This document shows positions 56,811 through 64,000 of a stretch of 64,000 nt of DNA, piece by piece. The translations under genes and the position numbers were made by a program. The notes under the pieces are model-generated. The model ran no database searches. It saw nothing but the letters and a program-made list of their open reading frames with translations, and was not told the DNA's origin. The number at the start of each line of letters is the position of its first letter. Within the stretch, counting starts at the first letter, position 1. The stretch covers positions 4,097-68,096 of IMG/VR virus record IMGVR_UViG_3300047160_004333. One strand, 5' to 3'. Origin of the DNA: a virus. Lineage: Duplodnaviria > Caudoviricetes.

Positions 56811-57026
56811 CGCTCTATCCTATCGGGTTGATAACTTCTCTTGGCACGCTGGTAAATCGTGGGTTTCTAGTTCGCACTGGCACGCTGGCATTAGACGGGT
56901 TACTTGCAAGTCGTGGCACGCTAAATTGCAATGGGTTTCTGAGGGCGGGTGGCACGCTGGCAGGTCATGGGTTTCTGATAGAGCATGGCACGCTTCGCAG
57001 CCTTGGGTTTCTGACCTTGCGTGGCT
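56811..57026 (-). repeat. TIGR-type guide-RNA array 1 (6 units, exactly 216 nt = 6 x 36)
   Basis: Plus strand TGGCACGCT at 56842, 56878, 56914, 56950, 56986; YGGGTT.CT loop repeats 18 nt offset; all spacers 9 nt and unique. Confidence 0.95.
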
Positions 57027-57561
57027 ATGACACCTTGATGAAGATCACCTTCGGCGCTTTCTCGAAATATTTCAGCAGTGCAGGGCAAAGCCAGCCATCG
57101 ATCTCGAACAGCGACGAGCGATACCAGTTGCCGCCGTTCTCCTCGCGCAGCCAATCGAGGCGCAACTGGTGGCCGGGGAATGCCGTGCTGGAGAACATCA
57201 GCCGGAAACCGCGCGCGGCATCATGCAGGTCTGCGGTGGCACGGTCGATTATCGTGTCAGTTCCGGCGACAAAAGGCTCCTGCTCTAGGCCAACGTGCGG
57301 GTCATCGAAGACCCATAGGCCTTTGTGCTTGTACGGGTGGATGACGTTGATTGTGCCGTGCATCAGCAGCAGCATGCGCAGCAGGCGCGCCGTAGGCTGA
57401 TCGGTGCAGCCGGGACCGTCACGCTGGGCGTAGCGCGCGATGGTGCGCCAGTTGCGGCCGAGCACGCGCGCGGCGTCGTTCTTCTTGTCGTTCTGGGCGG
57501 TGTAGTTCCAGCCCAGAACTTCATTGGCGGCGCGGAATTGTTTCCAGGAGAGTGTGCTCAT
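57025..57561 (-). CDS. HTH-like domain fused to DUF6717-like domain
   Basis: AARVLGRNWRTIARY; IHPYKHKGLWVFDD..VGL.QEPFV.G.D, GGNWY, GWLCPALLKYF..AP. Confidence 0.7.
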   Translation of the reverse strand: MSTLSWKQFRAANEVLGWNYTAQNDKKNDAARVLGRNWRTIARYAQRDGPGCTDQPTARLLRMLLLMHGTINVIHPYKHKGLWVFDDPHVGLEQEPFVAGTDTIIDRATADLHDAARGFRLMFSSTAFPGHQLRLDWLREENGGNWYRSSLFEIDGWLCPALLKYFEKAPKVIFIKVS

Positions 57562-58049
57562 GGGATGTGTTTCCAGTTCTGTCTGATGCGGATGTAGCGG
57601 ATTGCTACGTTGCTTACGCCATAGAGTCGCGCTAATGCCGCGTGTGTTTCTGTCGATGCGCGAATGATCGGAATATCTTCGGCACGCAGTTTTGCCATGT
57701 TGCTGGCTTCTCCGCGCCGAGCCTTGGTTCTGCCTCTAGCAACTTTATCCGCAACATTGTCGGTATCTGTTCCGAGATACAGATGTTTGGGATTCACACA
57801 GGATGGGTTATCGCATGTATGCAAGACATCAAGCTGCGGAGGGATGCGCTTTACCAACAACATGTACACCAAGCGATGCGCATGCATTTGTTTTCCCTTC
57901 CAAGCTACCCATCCATACGCGAGCGAAGGTGGTGACTTTTTGTAGGCTGTCCACAAATGACATCCTTGCGGATGAGGCGCGGTGCTAATCTTCGCAGCGA
58001 TCCTTTTTGGAAGGTTGTGGCAGTTCATCTTTCTTCTCCATTTTGACAT
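57558..58049 (-). CDS. HNH endonuclease with C-terminal HTH
   Basis: CHLW, YG, AHRLVY, VLHTCDNPSCVNPKHLYLGT..DN..D...RGR; LARLYGVS. Confidence 0.92.
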   Translation of the reverse strand: MSKWRRKMNCHNLPKRIAAKISTAPHPQGCHLWTAYKKSPPSLAYGWVAWKGKQMHAHRLVYMLLVKRIPPQLDVLHTCDNPSCVNPKHLYLGTDTDNVADKVARGRTKARRGEASNMAKLRAEDIPIIRASTETHAALARLYGVSNVAIRYIRIRQNWKHIP

Positions 58050-58173
58050 AAATCACCGTGGTCTTACGCAAGACCTCGCACAGGAATGCTTTGGCGCGCT
58101 TCTTGGTTGGAAAGGCCCAGACCAGTTTGCGGACGTTCTTGCCATCCAGCATTTCGACGCGCACGGTCCACAT
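57985..58173 (-). CDS. Small hypothetical protein
   Basis: Short ORF in operon. Confidence 0.45.
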   Translation of the reverse strand: MWTVRVEMLDGKNVRKLVWAFPTKKRAKAFLCEVLRKTTVIYVKMEKKDELPQPSKKDRCED

Positions 58174-58174
58174 C

Positions 58175-58519
58175 TCAGTTTCCTACGAACTTGCCGGTGA
58201 CGGGATCGCGCTTGGGGAACACGATGCCCTTGCCGTATTCCCACTGGAATACACAGAAGTCACCACCGTCGGTCACCAAGACCTTGGTGATGAAGCCTGC
58301 GACGGTGGCAGGCTTGTTGATGCTGACCTTGGCGCGTTCCAGTGCCTCCTCCAGCGGCGTCCAGCGCACGACGGGCTGGTAATATCCATCGGGAAAGAAC
58401 TCCCACACGCTGAACTCGGGACGCTCGATGTCCTCGGCGATCAGCCGCTCGGTCGGCGTGCCGAGGTCAAGCTCGCGCTCGTGCGTGGTGTCGTAATTAG
58501 GATCGTGTTTCGGTTTCAT
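58175..58519 (-). CDS. Hypothetical phage protein
   Basis: Coupled ORF; KVLVTDGGD..VF.WE.GKG..FP. Confidence 0.6.
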   Translation of the reverse strand: MKPKHDPNYDTTHERELDLGTPTERLIAEDIERPEFSVWEFFPDGYYQPVVRWTPLEEALERAKVSINKPATVAGFITKVLVTDGGDFCVFQWEYGKGIVFPKRDPVTGKFVGN

Positions 58520-58968
58520 GTTTCACCTTATAGTCGTGGGTGACGTAGCCAAGCGTTGCATCGCCGCGCTCGTGCTTGTGGATGTAGATTTGCAGACCGC
58601 TGCAAAGCTCGCAGCGAATGTGATCCGCCTCGTCATCGATGCTGACCCAGATATGCGGGTTGCACCTTTTGCTCGGTGGATTGCGCCAGTCGTCACGCCA
58701 ATGCGCGCGCACCTCATGACGCTTACGATGCGCCATGGCGATAGCCTGCCGGGCAATGAGGCGGGTGCTTTTCCTTGTCGGGACATACAGCGTGATGGTC
58801 TTGTGATCCAGGAACTTCCTGATCCTTCCGCGCGCTAGGAAGCCCTTGCTCTGGCGCACCTCGGTGCGCATGAGCGGCAGGTTGTCGATGGTGGCCAGTA
58901 GCGTCCAGACGCGCCGAAGGACGCCGCTCCGCCCGCAAAATATTCGTAGGCAAAATATTCGTAGTCCA
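58497..58968 (-). pseudogene. Probable 5'-truncated gene fused out of frame to a short leader ORF
   Basis: Frame GVLRRVWTLLATIDNLPLMRTEV...HEVRAHWR is open but lacks a start/SD; SD-led ATG 58968 (MDYEYFAYEYFA) is in another frame; 15-nt tandem repeat 58935-58964 at the junction. Confidence 0.5.
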
Positions 58969-58970
58969 TC

Positions 58971-59192
58971 TTATCCTCCACATGTCGGGCAGTCGTTGTA
59001 GCGGACGAGCTTGCCGTCCCAGCGGTAGTTGACGGGGTCGTCGCTCTCCACCACGCGCGTGTCGCGCACAAGTGTCCAGCGACATGCGAGATCGAACACA
59101 TAGGCTTCGGCCTCGGGGCGGATTGCAAAGCGCACCGCGCTGCCAGTCCATTCGCCGCTGCTATCGGCGATCACTTCGGTGGCGAAGCTCAT
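58971..59192 (-). CDS. Small hypothetical protein
   Basis: ATGA overlap, SD AAGGAG. Confidence 0.65.
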   Translation of the reverse strand: MSFATEVIADSSGEWTGSAVRFAIRPEAEAYVFDLACRWTLVRDTRVVESDDPVNYRWDGKLVRYNDCPTCGG

Positions 59193-61264
59193 GCGAAGAC
59201 TCCTTCAATCACGGTGTTGATGGTCTCGGGCAGCTGCCTGCGATACTTGCGGGCGAGCTTGGCGGCGAACACGGCCTGCCGGGGCGAGAGCGAGGCGCGA
59301 GCGGCGAATGCATGGCCGATCTGGGTGTCGATCTTGTTGAAGCCGACGTCGTCCAGCTGCCAAGCGCCGTCGCACATGCCAGCGAGCATCTGCACGGCGA
59401 GGTGGGCGGTCTGCCGTTGCTCGGCGGTCATCGCGATCGCAATCTTGTCAGCGGCCTCGCGCTTGAGATCGGCGGTGGCGGCCTCGGCCTTTTCCTTCTC
59501 GCTGGTGACGAACACCGGCTCGGCGTCGTAGACCGGCTTGCCGCCGATATCGAGGCCACGGTCGATCACATCGAGCTTGGCGATGATCCGCTGCGCGATG
59601 GTGGCATCGAGCGAGCCTTCAAGGACGAGGTGCTGGATGAGAACCGATTCGGCGTCTTGGCCAGGGCGATGACAACGATCCTCGGCCTGCCGCACGTTAC
59701 CAGGAACCCAATCCAACTCGCAGAACACGACGTGCGAGGCGGCAGTGAGGGTGATGCCGACACCGGCTGCGGTGAGCGAGCCGATGAAGAGCTTGATCGA
59801 AGGATCGTTCTGGAATGCCTGCACAGCCGCGTCCCGGGCCTGCTGGGGCGTGTCTCCGACCAGGACCACTGCCTCGCTGCCGAAGGCTTCGCGAATCGCC
59901 TGTACGACGTCCTTATGGTGCGCGAAGCAGACCACCTTGCCCGAGGCCTCGACGGCATCACGAAGGAAGTCGATGCAAGCCGGGATTTTGGCGACTGCCG
60001 TCTCGTGGCGCAGGCGGCTCATCTCGCTGAACAGCGCGGTGTAACCGGCGCGCAGGGCATTGACGGCGGCGCGATGCTCTTCTTCGTCATCGGTGGCCTT
60101 GGCAAGCTCGACGGCGGCCTGCAGGGCGGCGAGGCGCTCGGCGCGGCTCTCGTAAGCATCAAGCTCGGCCTTGACCGCATCGTTGGCACCGGCAGGCAGC
60201 GGCAGTTCGATGACCTGGCGGACCTTGGGCGGAAGCTCGGTGAGCACGTCCTTCTTCAACCGGCGCAGCATCAGCGTCGAGCGGAGCTTATGCTGAAGCT
60301 CGGCGAGGTTGCTGGCACCGGAGAAGTCCCAGCCCCAACCGCTGTTGTGTGCGGCGGCATAGCGCTTGGCGAAGCCGAAGAAGTTGTTCCAGGTCTGTGG
60401 ATCAAGGAAGTTGACCAGCGGGAACAATTCGATCGGCCGGTTGGGGATTGGCGTGCCCGTGGCGAGGATGCGGCGCTTGGCCTTCAGGGCCGGGATGGCG
60501 GCCTGTTTGCGGGTCTCACGGCGGCCGACGACCAGTTGAGTGCGGCGGGCATCGAGGTTCTTCAGGTAATGCGCCTCGTCACACGCCAACAGGTCCCAGG
60601 TGAAACTGCGCAGGAAATCGATGTGCTTCACGACGATGTCGTAGTTGATGATGAAGATGCCTTTGCCGTCGACCGGCGGCGTTTCGATGAACTGCACATT
60701 AGCCGGGAGCGCGAGGCGGGCGATGGCTGCTGGGCTGATCTTGCCGTTGACGATGTAGATCGGGCGGGTCGTGACCAGCCAGCGGCTGAACTCACGCGCC
60801 CAATTGATCTTGATGGAGGCGGGGCAGACGATAAGGATGCGCTCGACCTCGGGCGAGGCGTTGATGACGCCCGCGATCTGGATGGTCTTGCCGGTCCCCA
60901 TCTCATCGCCCAGCAGGGTGGCGGGGCGGCCGAGCATGTAGCCGATGCCAGCGCGCTGGAACGGGAAGTAGGTGCGGCCCTGTGGGCAGGGGACGTTGAT
61001 ATCGGCGTCATGGGCGCGCGAGGCCTCGACGGTCTGCTCGCGCTTGGCGACCTCGGCCTGATCGAGCCTGCCCCAGTGGGCCACTTCCCAGTTGCCGCTC
61101 GGCGACTTGGAGACCGAATAGCCCTGGTTCTTCAAAGCGTCTTTGTCGGCGCGCCATGCGTCCCAGAACGCGCTCAGGTCGCCCGAGGCCTTGCGCAGGA
61201 GGCGCGGGCCATAGGCAGTGTTGACTTCCTTGGGGGCCGTCCAGGTGAGACCGAAATTGTTCAT
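59189..61264 (-). CDS. SNF2-family helicase/ATPase
   Basis: LLGDEMGTGKT, DEAH, ATGTPI.N, G.GITLT.A, QAEDRCHRPGQ; start at ATG 61264 with SD GGAG. Confidence 0.93.
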   Translation of the reverse strand: MNNFGLTWTAPKEVNTAYGPRLLRKASGDLSAFWDAWRADKDALKNQGYSVSKSPSGNWEVAHWGRLDQAEVAKREQTVEASRAHDADINVPCPQGRTYFPFQRAGIGYMLGRPATLLGDEMGTGKTIQIAGVINASPEVERILIVCPASIKINWAREFSRWLVTTRPIYIVNGKISPAAIARLALPANVQFIETPPVDGKGIFIINYDIVVKHIDFLRSFTWDLLACDEAHYLKNLDARRTQLVVGRRETRKQAAIPALKAKRRILATGTPIPNRPIELFPLVNFLDPQTWNNFFGFAKRYAAAHNSGWGWDFSGASNLAELQHKLRSTLMLRRLKKDVLTELPPKVRQVIELPLPAGANDAVKAELDAYESRAERLAALQAAVELAKATDDEEEHRAAVNALRAGYTALFSEMSRLRHETAVAKIPACIDFLRDAVEASGKVVCFAHHKDVVQAIREAFGSEAVVLVGDTPQQARDAAVQAFQNDPSIKLFIGSLTAAGVGITLTAASHVVFCELDWVPGNVRQAEDRCHRPGQDAESVLIQHLVLEGSLDATIAQRIIAKLDVIDRGLDIGGKPVYDAEPVFVTSEKEKAEAATADLKREAADKIAIAMTAEQRQTAHLAVQMLAGMCDGAWQLDDVGFNKIDTQIGHAFAARASLSPRQAVFAAKLARKYRRQLPETINTVIEGVFA

Positions 61265-61278
61265 GGCGCTCTCCATCG

Positions 61279-61315
61279 GAGACACACAGATAAGGCACGT
61301 CGAGGCACATGTCAA
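61279..61315 (-). promoter_or_regulatory. Early promoter TTGACA-N17-TATCTG-TGTGTCTC
   Basis: Consensus -35, 17-nt spacer; same downstream octamer as the 63675 promoter. Confidence 0.8.
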
Positions 61316-61319
61316 GCCG

Positions 61320-61472
61320 TTATATGGCTTTATTTACGACGGTCCACAGCCGCAGGAGTTCGACCTTGGCGGCGTTTAAGCGTTCGCGCTCCCAATCGCT
61401 TTTCACGGCCTTTTGCAAGGCTTCGACCTTGATCAGGATCACGCTCAGTTTTGCGAATTGCTCGGTAGTCAT
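61320..61472 (-). CDS. 50-aa helical hypothetical protein (below the ORF-track cutoff)
   Basis: MTTEQFAKLSVILIKVEALQKAVKSDWERERLNAAKVELLRLWTVVNKAI fills the gap exactly. Confidence 0.55.
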   Translation of the reverse strand: MTTEQFAKLSVILIKVEALQKAVKSDWERERLNAAKVELLRLWTVVNKAI

Positions 61473-61478
61473 GGGCTG

Positions 61479-62066
61479 TCAGCTGACTGTGAGAGGCTCT
61501 TCGTCGGTGGGGCAGATCGGGGGGCCAGCGGCGTCCAGCCATTTGCGCGTGACCCGCACGGTGTAGCCGCAGTACTCGCACGCGCACTTCTGCAGCCGCG
61601 TGGTCTGCTTCTTACTGTCGGTCAGCGATCCGCCTGGATATGGCCCGATCCGTTTAAACAGGCTATCGGCCCACTTGCTGAACTCGGGCGTTGCGGTGGT
61701 CGCGGTCATCTTGCCGGTGAGGCCGATGGCGAGTGCGCAGGCCCGGAACTCCGCCTTGTGCCCGACCTCGCAGCCCACGGTGGCATGCGCGAGTTCATGC
61801 GCCAGCACGTCGCTGATGCGTGCGCCGCTGGCAAGCTCGGGCGATACGAATATCTCCGCATGCTTGTCGCTCGACGCGGCGGTTGCCCAGCATTCGCCGA
61901 TGCGCTTGCCGCAGCCGCCGCCCTTCTTGGGCCAACCGATGCTCACGCGCACTTCGGCGGGGATGGTGTAGCCTGCGGCGCTGAACTTCGAGCGCAGCGC
62001 GTCGACCACGGCTTCGAGCCACTGGTGGCGTTCGAGCGAGGGGCTCGGGGTTGGTTTCTTCATCAC
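61479..62066 (-). CDS. SprT-like HExxH metalloprotease with Zn ribbon
   Basis: VLAHELAH...GH..EF; CACEYCGY...PICP. Confidence 0.8.
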   Translation of the reverse strand: MMKKPTPSPSLERHQWLEAVVDALRSKFSAAGYTIPAEVRVSIGWPKKGGGCGKRIGECWATAASSDKHAEIFVSPELASGARISDVLAHELAHATVGCEVGHKAEFRACALAIGLTGKMTATTATPEFSKWADSLFKRIGPYPGGSLTDSKKQTTRLQKCACEYCGYTVRVTRKWLDAAGPPICPTDEEPLTVS

Positions 62067-62329
62067 ACGCCCTCCAGGTCATCGTTGAGGTCGCTGTCGA
62101 CCGCGCCTCCGCCCGAGCCGACGTACTTGTCGGGCATCCAGTCGTGCGCCTTCTTGTCGGACTTGCGCGGGTTGAGCAGCCGCTTGCGCTCGGCGAGCGC
62201 CTTGTCCAGGAGCTTGCTGTAGCGGATGATCACGCGGCTGTAGCGCTCGATGGCTTCGCCGTTCTTGGCGAGGCGAGCCTGACGGTTCTCGGGCGTGCCG
62301 CGTGTCTTGACGAGGTCGTCGTAGATCAT
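62063..62329 (-). CDS. Hypothetical protein
   Basis: ATGA coupling. Confidence 0.65.
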   Translation of the reverse strand: MIYDDLVKTRGTPENRQARLAKNGEAIERYSRVIIRYSKLLDKALAERKRLLNPRKSDKKAHDWMPDKYVGSGGGAVDSDLNDDLEGV

Positions 62330-62571
62330 GTCAGTGTCTCCGCGATCGCTTCGAGTTCCTTGATGACTTCGCAGACCTTGGCCACGCGGTCGAAGTGCTG
62401 GGCCATGGCCTCGCCAATGGCGTGGTCGCCCTGCACGTAATAGTCCCTGCCATTGGGGCAGGTAGCGTCGAGCGCCTTTCCCGCAGCCTGGAGCGCCCTA
62501 ATGGCTTCCAGGTAGCCTTCCAGGAGTGTTGGCCCATGCGAGCCGTTGATGTGGATGGTGGGGATTCTCAT
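62326..62571 (-). CDS. Hypothetical phage protein
   Basis: MRIPTIHINGS...; coupled. Confidence 0.65.
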   Translation of the reverse strand: MRIPTIHINGSHGPTLLEGYLEAIRALQAAGKALDATCPNGRDYYVQGDHAIGEAMAQHFDRVAKVCEVIKELEAIAETLT

Positions 62572-62572
62572 G

Positions 62573-62800
62573 TCAGTCCTCTAAATCCTTGAGCCACTTT
62601 TCGGAGCGGATGCGAGCGGCCTTGAGCGCGCGGCGTTGCCGCAGCAGTGCGAACAACTCGACGCGCTCTGGCTTGGTGAGGGCATGGCGTTTGCTGGCGA
62701 GCGCACCGATGCGCTGATCGAGCGATTGCTCGGGCGTTGTGGTCGTGCGGCGCTTGTGTGCGGCATGCCGATAATGAGGAACGGGAAGGTTGCGGCTCAT
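62573..62800 (-). CDS. Hypothetical basic protein
   Basis: ATGA coupling with upstream gene. Confidence 0.55.
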   Translation of the reverse strand: MSRNLPVPHYRHAAHKRRTTTTPEQSLDQRIGALASKRHALTKPERVELFALLRQRRALKAARIRSEKWLKDLED

Positions 62801-63621
62801 GCTGCACTCCTTTGGGCATCTGCCAGTGCTTGCAGTTCGCGCTCGCCCTCGGCCACGAGATCGGCGAGCGGTTTGCGGTTCATGTGCAGGAACGAGTTGG
62901 TGCGCTGCTCAAGCTCCACGAACTTGGCGAGCAGTTCAGGGTAGTGGCGCGCGCCGTTGGCGAGATCGGTCTTGCTGCCGTAGATGCAGAACACGCAGGA
63001 GAGCCGCTCGTTGCCCTTGGCATAGGCCCAGTGGGGCTGCTGGCCAGCGGCGCGGATCACCTCGAACACTTGGGCAGTGGAGAGCGTGAAGATCGGCAAC
63101 CAGTCGTACCACTCGCGTCCGGCCTTGCTGTTGCTGGCATTGAAGGTGAAAGGCTGAAGCTTGCTGCGTGGGGTTGATTCGGCAGCGCGCAGGCCCATGC
63201 AGTTGACGATGAGGCTGAAGCCGTTGGCCTTGGCGTATCGCCTGATCTCGCGCTCGATGGGACCGCGCTTGAGATCGGAGGTGCATTGGCGCAGATTGTG
63301 CGAGGGGAAGCTCGGTGCTTCCGGGCGCTTGGCGTGGCGATCCTCGACCATGCCGAGGAAGCTCTTGGGTGTGCCGTCTTTCCACACTGCGCGGGCGACG
63401 ATAAACGGCACGCCAGCGGCTCTGGCCTGCTCCTGGGCAAGTTCCAGCGCGCCCTCCCACTCCACCTCGCCCAGCGAGGCGTGGACGACCAGCAGCTGGC
63501 TCCTGGGCACGATCTCCAGGAGCTTGATCATCTGGGCCTGGGAGTCCTTGCCGCCGCTATGGTTGATCACGAACAGGGCGCGGCGGTCGATGAGGACTTG
63601 GACTTTGGGGTCGGTGAGCAT
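62797..63621 (-). CDS. PAPS-reductase family (PP-loop) protein
   Basis: HSGGKDS, RQCTSDLKRGPI, GLRAAES..R, RLSCVFC; start reassigned to ATG 63621. Confidence 0.88.
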   Translation of the reverse strand: MLTDPKVQVLIDRRALFVINHSGGKDSQAQMIKLLEIVPRSQLLVVHASLGEVEWEGALELAQEQARAAGVPFIVARAVWKDGTPKSFLGMVEDRHAKRPEAPSFPSHNLRQCTSDLKRGPIEREIRRYAKANGFSLIVNCMGLRAAESTPRSKLQPFTFNASNSKAGREWYDWLPIFTLSTAQVFEVIRAAGQQPHWAYAKGNERLSCVFCIYGSKTDLANGARHYPELLAKFVELEQRTNSFLHMNRKPLADLVAEGERELQALADAQRSAA

Positions 63622-63638
63622 CGGCGTGATCCTGTGTT

Positions 63639-63675
63639 GAGACACACATATGGGGCACCTGTGCCCCAGTGTCAA
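63639..63675 (-). promoter_or_regulatory. Early promoter TTGACA-N17-CATATG-TGTGTCTC with palindromic spacer
   Basis: GGGGCAC-CT-GTGCCCC inverted repeat lies within the spacer. Confidence 0.75.
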
Positions 63676-64000
63676 GGTGTTTAAACACAGCTGCAATATC
63701 AATGCGTTAGTGCAGGCGCAGCCGCCCGCCACATCGTCCGGTGTGGCAAGGAATCCCACGCAATCTCAATGCATTAACGGGTAAGCCAATGGTCGCGTCA
63801 ATGCTGCTCTTTATCCTGGTGCGCCGCGCTGCCCCCGCTGATGGCTGCGATCGCCATCATCGCATTGTACTGGCACCACAAACCCTTCGATTGCGCGACG
63901 AGAATCAGCTATACTGCGCGAGGCAAGCCCAGCGCGGCGGCGAGGCGCCACGGAGCCAATGACCCCGTCACGCTGGGAACCGCGCGGCATCGACCTTCGA

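Larger units (their letters stand above)
1..64000. mobile_element. Tailed dsDNA phage genome segment (P22-like podovirus architecture), no host genes seen
   Basis: Continuous terminase-portal-scaffold-capsid-tail-ejection-lysin order followed by recombination, replication and early genes; no integrase or att site recognised. Confidence 0.95.

Noticed and set aside
55628-57026. CRISPR array interpretation
   Set aside because: Two alternating 9-nt repeats with 9-nt spacers, no 23-47-nt repeat and no cas genes
56791-57030. Plus-strand ORF with SWHA...WVS 12-aa periodicity (also 56828-57400, 56921-57154)
   Set aside because: Translation shadow of the 36-nt array; antisense to the operon, no SD
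59072-61432. 786-aa plus-strand ORF, and similar long antisense ORFs (49690-50946, 24785-25927, 19535-20767, 11616-12731, 6780-7667)
   Set aside because: Stop-poor antisense frames of GC-rich real genes, with no recognisable motifs
61330-61587. 85-aa minus-strand ORF
   Set aside because: Overlaps the SprT gene; the 50-aa ORF 61320-61472 fits better
63741-63962. 73-aa plus-strand ORF at the window end
   Set aside because: No SD or motif support; context truncated

Overview
The whole window is most of the genome of a GC-rich, P22-like (podovirus-type) tailed phage. An alphaproteobacterial host is inferred from gene content. Positions 1-46983 (+) carry the late module: terminase, portal, scaffold, capsid, tail, fibres, ejection proteins and endolysin, interrupted by six HNH homing endonucleases. 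Positions 46990-51077 (-) carry recombination genes (ERF). Positions 51263-54272 (+) carry RHH, RusA-like, methyltransferase and replication genes. Positions 54285-63621 (-) form an early operon. The key result lies in that operon: a nuclease-less Nop/IS110-related gene (55869-56804) flanked on both sides by 36-nt-period arrays of two alternating 9-nt repeats separated by unique 9-nt spacers. This is the architecture of a TIGR-TasA RNA-guided system, with 12 complete guide units plus 1 partial. Other highlights are a recurring xxGGx[VIL] motif in five putative internal/ejection proteins, a multi-effector ejection protein (HiPIP-like, ART-like and glycosylase-like domains), an Acb2-like candidate anti-defence sponge, SD-sequestering hairpins before HNH genes, a shared early-promoter motif and a hairpin-rich 580-bp non-coding region. 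All family assignments come from motif recognition by eye; no database searches were run. No integrase, tRNA, rRNA or CRISPR array was recognised.
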